A DNA stretch of 64,000 nt from a virus, in the IMG/VR virus record IMGVR_UViG_3300034152_000419, positions 1-64,000 of that record; one strand, given 5' to 3'. The notes below the pieces were generated by a model. That model was not told the origin of the DNA, searched no databases, and saw only the letters and a list, made by a program, of their open reading frames with translations. The position numbers and the translations under genes were made by a program. Of this stretch, positions 28,675 through 38,333 are shown piece by piece; position 1 is the first letter of the stretch; every line of letters begins with the position of its first letter.

Positions 28675-28711
28675 TTTTTGTCCCCCTCGCGTTGTGTTTG
28701 ACGATATATAG

Positions 28712-28853
28712 TGCAATCATCATGCCACACGTCACGACTTTTTTCAATTTTATTTACGAGGGATTTCGGTGAGTTATGAGGTGAGGACTTTTTTCAAGAA
28801 TAGATCGGGAGCAAAAGTGACGCAATTTGCGGGAAAAGTGACAATTTTCGTCA
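28712..28853 (-). promoter_or_regulatory. sigma54 promoter 2 with IHF-like and UAS-like sites
   Basis: TGGCATGATGATTGCA at 28712-28727; TGACAATTTTCGTCA at 28839-28853. Confidence 0.75.
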
Positions 28854-28873
28854 AAACGAATCCGGGACCCCAG

Positions 28874-28887
28874 TGCACACGTGTGCA
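28874..28887. repeat. palindrome copy 6 (intergenic, next to UAS-like site)
   Basis: Read directly. Confidence 0.95.
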
Positions 28888-28952
28888 ACCGAGATCCCGG
28901 TTCGTGAAATGGAGTGAAAGATGCGACCTGAGCGTGTCAGGTTATCCTTATA

Positions 28953-29720
28953 TTACTTGATCGGGAGCAGTTCGTCAAGATCTGTCGCCTCCTCCCTGTG
29001 ATTCCGGGGGAGTTTTGCATCCGCATCGTGCTCAAGTTCGGGATATCTCCCCGCGAGGACCCCCTCCGGTTGAGCATAATCACTGACTCCCGCGAATGTG
29101 TCTGTCGCCAGTCTGACCGGATTCTTTTCCTCGATATCGGAGATCTCCTGAATTTTCTCAAGGCATCTGAGATCCTCTTTCGTGACCTTTTCAGTATCGA
29201 GTCCGAGTGCTCTCCTGTGTCTCTGCAAATGGTTTATGACCTCCTGAGATGCACGTTGACCGGATCTCGCGCCTTGAGCCGCCGCCCATGCCGCATTGAG
29301 TCCGCCTCGATGGAGATACATATCCCCGGACGAATAAACCCCCATGTCGTTGAGTTCCCCTCCGTTTCGGACCCAGTGATGGGGATAGGACCACGTCGAT
29401 TTTTTCTCCGGGTCCGTTCCGGGATCTTGCCACACAAACGCTCGATATGGGAGTTTCGTCTTGTCCACGGTTCCCCATCCCGGTTCACCGTCCTCGACGT
29501 TCGAGTTGTGGTTCAGTGCCTTTTCCCGGATCGGAGTGACGCTCGGTTTGTTGATCGGGAGGATTGCATCTATCGAATCCCATTTTGAGGCATCCGACCT
29601 GAATGTGTCATAGCAGATCGCGAGTGCCGTGTTTTGATCATATTCGTCCCCGATCTCCCCCATGCACCGGGAGACGAACTCACTTTCCGTTTCGCCTGAT
29701 CTCGGTTTCGGAATCGGCAT
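28953..29720 (-). CDS. head-associated hypothetical protein
   Basis: MPIPKP..GE....FVSRCM N-terminus; LP..AF...W.YPHH...A..HL..H domain of the kind seen on phage head proteins; start re-set. Confidence 0.6.
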   Translation of the reverse strand: MPIPKPRSGETESEFVSRCMGEIGDEYDQNTALAICYDTFRSDASKWDSIDAILPINKPSVTPIREKALNHNSNVEDGEPGWGTVDKTKLPYRAFVWQDPGTDPEKKSTWSYPHHWVRNGGELNDMGVYSSGDMYLHRGGLNAAWAAAQGARSGQRASQEVINHLQRHRRALGLDTEKVTKEDLRCLEKIQEISDIEEKNPVRLATDTFAGVSDYAQPEGVLAGRYPELEHDADAKLPRNHREEATDLDELLPIK

Positions 29721-29853
29721 TTTCTGTCCCTCCCTTTTCCGTCTTTTCGATGTCCTCTTTCGAGTAAACATCGGGCCAATCATCGAACTCACCGTCAAGA
29801 ACGACGACATCGCCTGTGTCGGGTTTTGAGTAATCAATATCAGTCGTTTTCAT
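29680..29853 (-). CDS. small acidic protein, 57 aa (not in ORF track)
   Basis: MKTTDIDYSKPDTGDVVVLDGEFDDWPD...; ATGA overlap with upstream stop. Confidence 0.5.
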   Translation of the reverse strand: MKTTDIDYSKPDTGDVVVLDGEFDDWPDVYSKEDIEKTEKGGTENADSETEIRRNGK

Positions 29854-30122
29854 TTTTCCTCTTTCACATCGCTCGCCCGGATCGACGACCCGGAGAACTC
29901 AAATTTGAGATTTTTCAAAAATAGCAGAGGATCGGATCCGTCGGGAAACATCTGACGGTTTGAGTTTTCCTCCACCTCTATGACACCGAATGTTTCCAGA
30001 GATTCGATTATATACTCATCGAGATCCTCTCCATATTTAATTTTTGATTTCTTTCCCTCCTCGTCAAGATAGATTCGACCGAGTGATTTATTATTTGAGT
30101 CTGTAAATTCAACATATCGCAT
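29850..30122 (-). CDS. small acidic protein, candidate MuF immunity protein
   Basis: 90 aa directly after MuF; AT-rich; GAGGAG RBS. Confidence 0.6.
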   Translation of the reverse strand: MRYVEFTDSNNKSLGRIYLDEEGKKSKIKYGEDLDEYIIESLETFGVIEVEENSNRQMFPDGSDPLLFLKNLKFEFSGSSIRASDVKEEK

Positions 30123-30140
30123 TTTCGATCTCTCCTCAAC

Positions 30141-33128
30141 TTAAAACATCATAAAATTCCATAACTCCTCCGCCGCTTTTCTGTTTCCCCATCCAGAATA
30201 ACCCCGGAAAAGATTGTGCATCCGACTTTGTTGAATTGCTCTGACAAGCAGATCCCGACGTCGTTCCATCGAAGTGACCTCCTCTGTCGAGAGACCATAT
30301 TTCCGACCGAGTTGCTCGACATCGAGTGCGTCGAGTCGTTTCATCAAAACCTCTCGTTTATGGATCGAGAGGATCGAATTAAAACCGGGGACCGTTGTGC
30401 TCGGTTGCATCGCCGCTCCGCACCGAAACTCTCGCATACCGAGCAGATCGTCGATCCCCTCCTGCGGAAAAGCATATCCGTTGTCGATGAGAATCATTTT
30501 GCCTTTGCCGCGACCCTCGACGACTCTCATCCAGTTTTTCCCGTGACGGTCCGTGTTGCCGATCAGGAAATCAAAAATCGTTGAATTATAGACATCCTCG
30601 TCTTTCAGATCGCGGAGAGGACTCGTCCGAAATTTTCTCGCGAACTCCGCCTCGGTGATTGCGTCCCCCCTGAAATATTGCAGAGATCCGGTTTTCCCAT
30701 TGATCTTGACGAGCCGTGTCTCCGGGACGAGATTCAATCCGAGATATCTGTCGATCTCCCATGCGAGAGCCTCCCTGTGTGCAAGGGGAGCATCCACATT
30801 CGTGATCGTTTTCCTGATATCGAACCTCTCTCCCTCAATCGGTTTAAACACTCCCTTTTGTCCATTCGGGAGAGTGACAATCTGTGTCTCGTTGACACCT
30901 CCGCCGAGACCGACGATTTTTTCCTTTTCTATTTTTCCGAGATCGATGACGAGTTCGCCGCGATTCGCAGTGAGTTGCTTTTTTGTCAGGAAAACTGATT
31001 TCCCATCATAGGGATCATTGAGTGAGACATACCAGTTTTTTCGTTCATATTTTAACCATTTGAGTTCATCGGAGACTCTCCTCCACACCTCATGATAATG
31101 GAGACGATTCGCCTCCGTGACCGTCATCTCACCTTTTTTCAATAACGCCTTGAACTCTGTCTCGACGTCGTCATAATGTTTTTTAAAAGATTTTTGCCAC
31201 GCATCATTGAGACGTTTTTTGCGAATGTCAGGATCATATTTGTTCAGAGTCTTGACAAATTTATCATCATAATCGACCCACATTTGATGACGGTATTGAC
31301 GACCGACCGCTCGAATCGTTCTCAATTCGTGAGTGACAAGAAACTTGACGTCCGCCGGAGAGAACGCATTGTTCGAGGGATGATTGTGCGTCAAGTGTTT
31401 CCCTGCAAATGTCTCATATTCTGAGCGAGTCCATTCGACACTGTGCTTTTTCCCACGTTTCTTGAGTAGGATCTCTCCTGCGTCATCATATACGACCCCA
31501 TATTCAAAATTGTGATCCGCGATTTCCTTTTCAATCTGCAAAAGTTTTTGTTCAAATTTTGAGACCGGAGCATGTGTCGTCGGTTGAATTTTCTCCGCCG
31601 GAGTGACTTTCGCCGGAGGTTTGACCCGACGTCTTTTTCCCGCGAGGATCTTGTCCAGTGCGGACCCGTCCGCCTGATATCCGAGTCTTGTCTCTTTGAA
31701 CCAGTGCCGCTCTAAAAATTTCACCTCTCGCAGTGACGCCGGGGATGCAACCCGCACATATCCGCCTTTGTCCTTTGCGAACTGTGCGAAATTCTCGATC
31801 ACCGTTGTGTCTTGTGCTCTGCCGAAATTATAGAATTTATTGACCGTGACCCCGGACTTGTGCTTGTTATACTGAGCGACACAGATATTGTCACCATGAC
31901 GGGAGACCGCGACGTTTGCTTTTTTGTCCCCCATCAATCTCCATGCCGCCTGACGGGTTTTGTCCCTGTGAGTGTCCCATCCCTGCATGTGTCGATCCCT
32001 GAACAAGAGTCTCTGTTCGGGGACCATCGGGATTTCATTGAACGACTCGAACGTGACATTCCCATCGAAACGAGTATGCAGGAGAACGACCTCACACCGA
32101 CATCGGGGATGGAATGGGGGGACGAGATCCAGATCACGGATCGCCTCCGGGGGGACGTTGTCGACATCGTCCATTCGGGGAAATTGCCACAGATCCCGGA
32201 TCGCCTGAACATTTCCCGCAGTGATCCCGTCATATTCCTGCATTTTGTTGATTGCCATTTCCGCAGAAAAACACCGACCATCGATCCGTTGACACACGGG
32301 ACAGGTTTTGCGGTCCCTCTCACTGATCACTTGATACTCTGAGACTGCATATCCCTGCATCATCGCGACCGCAGTTTTATTCCATGCACGAGCGACCTCG
32401 ACGTCGCCTGTGATGTCAAATTGTGCATGAGGGATCGAGGGGATATTATTGACCCGATTGATGAGTTCCGCACGATCAACCGCACGGACACCCTCTTTGA
32501 GTGTTGCCTGAGTTGCAAGTTCCGCGATTCGGGGATTGAGAACCTCGGATGGAAATCCGTTTATATAGTCCTGAATAAGGATCGGTTGTTGCAGAGAAAA
32601 CCACTGATCGAACTGTTCGCGGGAGACCTTTTCGACCTTGCCGACATCCGCTTGAATCTGATTCACCGTCGGTTCGTGACCACGTTCCGTTGTTGCCTCA
32701 ATGAACTCGCCGAACCGCTTGTCATAAAAAACTTGAGACCGATATTGCGTCTCAAGATAGATCTCCTCGACTTTGTCCTTGACGAGTTTCCAGTGACGAG
32801 CACCGAGAGACTCCGCGCCTTTGAGGATCTTATTCAACCGCTTGTTGTCAACCGTGACAGGATCAGCCTCAAGATCGAACGCATCGACGACCTCGTCCGT
32901 GTAATCCTCCCCTCCCGCCTCTTTCCATCCGTTGACGAGGACCCGAAACATGAGAGCCGCCTGAGGTCCCCACAGGATCAGATCTCCTGACGCCTTGAGG
33001 ACCTCCGCGATTGTTTCAAGGGGATTGATGAGTTTGAGGTTTCCTGTGTGAATCAAGAACGCCTGATCAAATGAGTCAAGATTCAGGACCTCAACCGGAT
33101 TCGGTTTTCTCCTCGACAGGTGACTCAT
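30141..33128 (-). CDS. MuF (SPP1 gp7-like) minor head protein with GNAT-like, JAB-like and PI3/4-kinase-like extensions
   Basis: D.KTCPVC..DG, PPFHPRCRC; THNHPS...FSPAD; GVFKP, REALA, NTDRH, IDNG.AFP; follows portal. Confidence 0.85.
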   Translation of the reverse strand: MSHLSRRKPNPVEVLNLDSFDQAFLIHTGNLKLINPLETIAEVLKASGDLILWGPQAALMFRVLVNGWKEAGGEDYTDEVVDAFDLEADPVTVDNKRLNKILKGAESLGARHWKLVKDKVEEIYLETQYRSQVFYDKRFGEFIEATTERGHEPTVNQIQADVGKVEKVSREQFDQWFSLQQPILIQDYINGFPSEVLNPRIAELATQATLKEGVRAVDRAELINRVNNIPSIPHAQFDITGDVEVARAWNKTAVAMMQGYAVSEYQVISERDRKTCPVCQRIDGRCFSAEMAINKMQEYDGITAGNVQAIRDLWQFPRMDDVDNVPPEAIRDLDLVPPFHPRCRCEVVLLHTRFDGNVTFESFNEIPMVPEQRLLFRDRHMQGWDTHRDKTRQAAWRLMGDKKANVAVSRHGDNICVAQYNKHKSGVTVNKFYNFGRAQDTTVIENFAQFAKDKGGYVRVASPASLREVKFLERHWFKETRLGYQADGSALDKILAGKRRRVKPPAKVTPAEKIQPTTHAPVSKFEQKLLQIEKEIADHNFEYGVVYDDAGEILLKKRGKKHSVEWTRSEYETFAGKHLTHNHPSNNAFSPADVKFLVTHELRTIRAVGRQYRHQMWVDYDDKFVKTLNKYDPDIRKKRLNDAWQKSFKKHYDDVETEFKALLKKGEMTVTEANRLHYHEVWRRVSDELKWLKYERKNWYVSLNDPYDGKSVFLTKKQLTANRGELVIDLGKIEKEKIVGLGGGVNETQIVTLPNGQKGVFKPIEGERFDIRKTITNVDAPLAHREALAWEIDRYLGLNLVPETRLVKINGKTGSLQYFRGDAITEAEFARKFRTSPLRDLKDEDVYNSTIFDFLIGNTDRHGKNWMRVVEGRGKGKMILIDNGYAFPQEGIDDLLGMREFRCGAAMQPSTTVPGFNSILSIHKREVLMKRLDALDVEQLGRKYGLSTEEVTSMERRRDLLVRAIQQSRMHNLFRGYSGWGNRKAAEELWNFMMF

Positions 33129-33142
33129 GACTCCCTCCGGGA

Positions 33143-34900
33143 TCAGACGTCGTGTTGACAGGTTTTCCCTGCCTTTTCAACCGCTCTGTCGAGTGCTCCC
33201 GTGTCGATTGCCGATTGAAAGTTTGTCAAGAATCGATAGAGAGAGACCTCATCGGGAGAGAACATATCCGACTTGAAAAACTTTTCTGTCATCGCCGGGA
33301 GCAGACGTTGACGGGGGACCGGGAGTTGTTTCGAGTTTTTCTCCGCAATTTCCCCAGTGACCAGAGGTTCGACCCCTGCGAGTTGACCCAGTTCGAGCAG
33401 TTTCATGACAATCGGGAGAGGATAGTTCGCCCACGACGCATCGAACTGACTCATCTCAAGTGCAAATGCCTTGTTTGCCATAGCAATCGCGTTATTGATC
33501 GAAAATGCTCCGATATCGGAGAACATCTTGACACCCTCGGAGATCTCCCCCGAACCGACAATCTGAGGACCTTTGCTTTTGTATTTCCATTGATCGATTT
33601 TCAGTTCCCGCTTGACGAGAGTATTGTTGACGTTCTCGTCGAACTCGGTCCTCTCTGGAATGAAAATCTGCTCCTCCGCGACCATCCTTGCCGCCGTCGC
33701 CGTCGCGTGAGTATATGTCTCGGACTGTCCGATATACAGATCCGGGAGTCTGTATCGGTGACGGACGTCGTCCTTTGCAGTGTTCAGATATCGGTCGAAC
33801 ATCATGTCCTCTTTCCGATATTCTGTCATGTTCTTGAGTTCCATTTTCGCCGAACCTTTTTCCTCGATTCCCAGTCCCTCGACCTGAGATTCAAGCAGAG
33901 CGATTCGGTTGAAATTTTCCTCACCCCTCATCGATCTCAGGATCGAATAAAGTTCATCGAGCGATTCGTCGTTCAGGACTCCGCCGGAGATCATGATCAG
34001 GAGGGGAGCAATCCCCTGATTTTTGAAAAGATCATAATTGACGAACTGAGAGGATCTGCGTCCCATGACCTGTAACACCGCACCGATCCACCGGGGGACC
34101 CCGTAAATTTCACCCCCGAATGACGTCTTGAAATACCAGACCTCCGATGCTTTATATCGAGTCTGTTCGACATAATCCCCGGAGCGATAGTCCATGATCC
34201 GGGGATCGCCGAACTCTTTAAAATATCGCAGTTTCGTTCCGTATTTCGAGATCTGAACGAACCTTTTGAATGTCTTTTTGATCTTGATTGTTGTCGGTTT
34301 CCCATTCCGCATCAATGTGACCTCGACCGGGACCGGATTTTCTTTCCGTGCCGAGACCCGCATATATTTGAACGGGAGATGATAAATGAGTTGAACCTCT
34401 CCGATCCGGTTTCGGATCACCTCGAATCCAGAATTTCCGAGGACCTCAAGATCCTCCCTTTGCTTTTTGCGGACCGTCATGAATGATTCGGTCTCGTTGA
34501 CCTGATCAAAAAAGTTCTCCGCCTTGATCCGTTGCGTCTGTGCGTCCGTCGTCTCCCGTTCCGTCGCATCGTCGCCGAGAAAATCCAGTCGATATCCGAA
34601 ACCATCCACATTCAGTTGCATCGCCTCGATGACTGCCTGTAAAATATCGGACTCCTCATAGATTGTATAAAGATTGACAAAATTGAACGGAGGTTTGAGG
34701 ATTCTCTCGGATTCATAGATCTCAACAAAAGGATCGGTCTCCTCGACATATCGACGATGGAGACCCTCATCGTCCTGTTTGAAAAGATCCCGGATCTTTT
34801 GCAGTTTGTATCGTCTCTCACTGATTCTCGATGTCCCTCCCTCCGAGGACTGACGACTCGCGAGATCAACGACTTTCCTTTGTTCGATGTCTTTTGCCAT
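33143..34900 (-). CDS. portal protein (PBSX/XkdE-like)
   Basis: LGN..FEVIRN..G, YGVPRW, F.N.G.....I..GG. Confidence 0.85.
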   Translation of the reverse strand: MAKDIEQRKVVDLASRQSSEGGTSRISERRYKLQKIRDLFKQDDEGLHRRYVEETDPFVEIYESERILKPPFNFVNLYTIYEESDILQAVIEAMQLNVDGFGYRLDFLGDDATERETTDAQTQRIKAENFFDQVNETESFMTVRKKQREDLEVLGNSGFEVIRNRIGEVQLIYHLPFKYMRVSARKENPVPVEVTLMRNGKPTTIKIKKTFKRFVQISKYGTKLRYFKEFGDPRIMDYRSGDYVEQTRYKASEVWYFKTSFGGEIYGVPRWIGAVLQVMGRRSSQFVNYDLFKNQGIAPLLIMISGGVLNDESLDELYSILRSMRGEENFNRIALLESQVEGLGIEEKGSAKMELKNMTEYRKEDMMFDRYLNTAKDDVRHRYRLPDLYIGQSETYTHATATAARMVAEEQIFIPERTEFDENVNNTLVKRELKIDQWKYKSKGPQIVGSGEISEGVKMFSDIGAFSINNAIAMANKAFALEMSQFDASWANYPLPIVMKLLELGQLAGVEPLVTGEIAEKNSKQLPVPRQRLLPAMTEKFFKSDMFSPDEVSLYRFLTNFQSAIDTGALDRAVEKAGKTCQHDV

Positions 34901-34911
34901 GTCGGACCTCC

Positions 34912-37563
34912 TCAGATTTTCAACTCCTCCATCTCAGCGAGATTCTGACCGATTTCAGCCTCGGCCTTGAGAGGGACGACCAGTTCAACCCCGAAATCCC
35001 TTTTCAGCGGGGGGTTTTCCATTTCGTTAATTATTGCTCCTGCATAGTCTGTCACTCGACTGCAATCCTTAATCAAAAAAACGAGAGAGTCGTGAATGAA
35101 CAGCACAGGGAAAAAATAATCAGGATCAAAAATTTCTTTTTTTCGCGACTCGTTAAGTGCAATCAGCACCGTGTCGGATGACGGACTTTGAATCGGATGA
35201 TTTATCGCTTGCCGCTCTGCCTCCCATCGGACACCCTTGTCGTTTGAGTGGATTTCGGGGAGATGACGCCGACGTCCGAACACTGATTCAACATAACCCT
35301 TTTGACGACAAAATTCAACGATTTCCTCGTGATATCGTTCGAGTCCCGGATATTTCCCGAAAAAGATATTGACCCAGTCCTCCGCTTGTTCATATTCAAG
35401 ATCGATCCCATACTCCTCTTTTGCATATCGGATGAAACCCGCGACTGTCATTCTGAACAGGAGACCGAAATTCACGGACTTTGCATCCCGTCGAGCTTTC
35501 CATTTTTCAAATTTGTCAAGTTCGTCAAAAGGTTTCGGGGAGAGAGACTTTGCAGTTTCCGTGTGAATGTCGAGCGAGGCATCCCGGAAAATTCGGATCA
35601 TGTTTCTGTCGAGTGAGACATGAGACGCCCATCTCAATTCAGATTGACTCTCATCGACCTCAAGCAACAACCATCCGGGGGGAGCAGATATCAGCCGCCG
35701 GATTTTCTTTGCCGACTTTGATCTCTTTGGATTGTTCATCATGTTCGGATCGGAGGATGCAATCCGACCCGTGACCGCGACCACGAGAGAAAACTTTGAA
35801 TGAATTTTCCCGTCGTGCCGGATGTGCTGGTCGAATCCGTTGAGATATCGACTCCACAGTGTATGTAATTCTTTAAACTCTCCGAACTCTGTGAGAAACC
35901 GCTCCGCATTTTTTGTGAGTCTGCCGTCGAGCAGTTCTTTTCGGACCGCTTTGTCTGCCGCCGGGAGTCCGCTTTTTGTTTTCTTGATCGACTTGAGCCG
36001 GAATCCCTGAGGATCAAAAAGAATATCCCGGACCAGTTCAGACCGAGTGAGGACAATCCCGTCCTTTTTATTCTTTGCGATGTTTTTCTTTCGGTGATCG
36101 TCGCGATGGAGAACTTTTTTCGGGACCGTCATGAGTGCTTTGCGTTGATGCTTGAGCATCTCAATTCGGACCTCCTCCGCGACCTCCGGGAGAGCCGCAC
36201 GATCAATCGGACACCCATTCGACTCAAGCATCATGAGTGATTTCAGAGTCGGCATAATAAACTTGACGAGATAGTTCACATATTTCGGGTTTTTCGCGAG
36301 TTCTTTTTTCAATCCCTGTGTGACCTGATATGTGACATCTGCGTCCTGTGCCGCATAATCTGTCCGCGACTCACGGGGGACGGACAACATATCCGCCTTG
36401 TCATATTTTTTCTCGAACTCAATATTGTATTCGTTTTTAATATTGCTATAAAATTTTTGCAGTTCGTCGAGTCTCGACATCTTGAACAGGTTTTCATCGA
36501 TCAAGTGTGACGCCGCTTGAGTATCGATGACCCATCCCTCTATTTTTGGGAGATATCCTCTCTCCCTCGCGAATGTCGTCTCAATGCAGTGAAAATCAAA
36601 TGACCCATTATGTGTATAAATGCGGATATTCTCATCCGCGAGCAGTGCCTCGATCTCATCGAGTTTCCGTTCAAAGTCCTCGACCCTTTTGACATAGACA
36701 TCGACGAGTTGTCTCTTTTTCTTTCCCGGAGGGATTCGATTCCACTTGAAAGTATAATCCCACGAATCCCCCGCTCCGACCTCCTCGAACAATACGAAAT
36801 CATATCCAGACCCCGACTTATCCGACAGGGAGAGCGAAATCATTATATAATTCGGATCAAGCCAGTCGAGACCCTGTCCCTCCGTGTCGAGAGCGACGGG
36901 TTTTTTCTGATCGATCAAAAACTGAATCGAGTCCACCTCCTGATAGTGTGTGACCCGACTGTCCTCCGGGGGAGTGTAATTATTCCGCATAAACCGCTTG
37001 ACGGTTTTGAGATCCTCCACGAGCAGAGGTTTGAGGGATCGGTTTCTGAGAATATATGCAGGATGGAAACAAGGCATCACATAACAGTCGAACTCTTTTG
37101 AGAACTCATATCGACCACGTGCCTTTGTGATTCCAGACTTTCGGAGGATCTGACGGAGTGCGAAATCCCCGGAGGCGATGATCAATTTCGGTTTGAGGAT
37201 CTCGATTGTCCTTGTCACATATTCCCGACAAAAACTCAGAGCAGAGGTGATCTCTTTCCCTGACATTTTGCTTTTGTCGATCCGACATCGGGCGGAGTTC
37301 ATGACGTAGAACCGAGAGAAAACGAGACCCGCCTCCTCCGCACATTCTTTGATCATGTCTCCCGCCGCACCGACAAACGGTTTCCCCTCGACCTCCTCGT
37401 TATATCCGGGAGATTCCCCGATGAAAACAACTTTCGCCTTTTTGTTTCCACCATAGGGGACCTCGATTTTCTTAAACAGAGGACACTCCCGGATTCGACA
37501 TTTTTTGCCGCCTGTGTCTTTTCGTTTCTGCTTGAATCTAATTTTTCGGACCTGTGATTTCAT
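34912..37563 (-). CDS. family A DNA polymerase with N-terminal family-4 uracil-DNA glycosylase domain
   Basis: GESPG..E...GKPFVGAAG, FHPAYILRN; exonuclease LDTE, YAAQDA; TGRIASSDPN, DESQSELR, AKSVNFG, IHDS. Confidence 0.92.
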   Translation of the reverse strand: MKSQVRKIRFKQKRKDTGGKKCRIRECPLFKKIEVPYGGNKKAKVVFIGESPGYNEEVEGKPFVGAAGDMIKECAEEAGLVFSRFYVMNSARCRIDKSKMSGKEITSALSFCREYVTRTIEILKPKLIIASGDFALRQILRKSGITKARGRYEFSKEFDCYVMPCFHPAYILRNRSLKPLLVEDLKTVKRFMRNNYTPPEDSRVTHYQEVDSIQFLIDQKKPVALDTEGQGLDWLDPNYIMISLSLSDKSGSGYDFVLFEEVGAGDSWDYTFKWNRIPPGKKKRQLVDVYVKRVEDFERKLDEIEALLADENIRIYTHNGSFDFHCIETTFARERGYLPKIEGWVIDTQAASHLIDENLFKMSRLDELQKFYSNIKNEYNIEFEKKYDKADMLSVPRESRTDYAAQDADVTYQVTQGLKKELAKNPKYVNYLVKFIMPTLKSLMMLESNGCPIDRAALPEVAEEVRIEMLKHQRKALMTVPKKVLHRDDHRKKNIAKNKKDGIVLTRSELVRDILFDPQGFRLKSIKKTKSGLPAADKAVRKELLDGRLTKNAERFLTEFGEFKELHTLWSRYLNGFDQHIRHDGKIHSKFSLVVAVTGRIASSDPNMMNNPKRSKSAKKIRRLISAPPGWLLLEVDESQSELRWASHVSLDRNMIRIFRDASLDIHTETAKSLSPKPFDELDKFEKWKARRDAKSVNFGLLFRMTVAGFIRYAKEEYGIDLEYEQAEDWVNIFFGKYPGLERYHEEIVEFCRQKGYVESVFGRRRHLPEIHSNDKGVRWEAERQAINHPIQSPSSDTVLIALNESRKKEIFDPDYFFPVLFIHDSLVFLIKDCSRVTDYAGAIINEMENPPLKRDFGVELVVPLKAEAEIGQNLAEMEELKI

Positions 37564-38269
37564 CGAAATTCGGTTTCTCGATTGTCTCGTTCAGATCCAT
37601 CGGCATAAAAGCACCGACGACATCGTTGACGAAACCCTGATTTTTGACCCGGATCTGAACCGGAGTGATGTTCGATTCTTTCATTCCAAAGAATGACGCC
37701 GAGGGAAATTTTTTGACCGCGAAATCAAAATACATTCCTTGAACCGGGACCATCGTCTCTCCGGTTTCGTCACATAACCAGATCAACTCGATCCCTCCGA
37801 GATCAGACATTTGCCAGATCCGGGGAGTGAGTTCGACGAGATTTTTCATTTTATTCACAGAACCGAGAGTCGCCGGGACCGCTTTTTGAAATTCCGCCGA
37901 TCCTTTTTTCGGTTTCATCGACGCATAAGGTTTCGCAAAAATCAGGAAATATCCGTCTGAAATAAAGGTTTTCTTTTTGTAAGTTCCCGTCAACCATTGT
38001 CCGTCAGTGTCTCTGACTTTCAAGTGATCTGATTTTTTGCGACGTTCAAAAGGCAACCCCCGTCGGAGATCCGCAATTCTGCTCTTGAAAGCCTCTGCCT
38101 TTTTGATCCCCTCCTCGGTGAGGTTTCCCTTTTTGTCGCACAGACCCGCTTGTTCGAGACGGATTATTGATTCGGGATCGATTGAGATCATCCGGTTCGC
38201 ATAATCGATCTTTTTGATCTCCATATCTGCGCGGGACAGACACACGAGATCGTCCACGGATAAAACCAT
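37538..38269 (-). CDS. hypothetical protein
   Basis: Start re-set to MVLSVD; GAGGAGG RBS. Confidence 0.75.
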   Translation of the reverse strand: MVLSVDDLVCLSRADMEIKKIDYANRMISIDPESIIRLEQAGLCDKKGNLTEEGIKKAEAFKSRIADLRRGLPFERRKKSDHLKVRDTDGQWLTGTYKKKTFISDGYFLIFAKPYASMKPKKGSAEFQKAVPATLGSVNKMKNLVELTPRIWQMSDLGGIELIWLCDETGETMVPVQGMYFDFAVKKFPSASFFGMKESNITPVQIRVKNQGFVNDVVGAFMPMDLNETIEKPNFDEITGPKN

Positions 38270-38304
38270 CTGACACCTCCTCATGATATGATTAAAATTA
38301 CCTA

Positions 38305-38333
38305 TACATATCACAGGTGAATGTTTTTGTCAA
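38305..38333 (-). promoter_or_regulatory. sigma70-type promoter upstream of the polymerase/portal genes
   Basis: TTGACA-17 bp-TATGTA. Confidence 0.6.
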
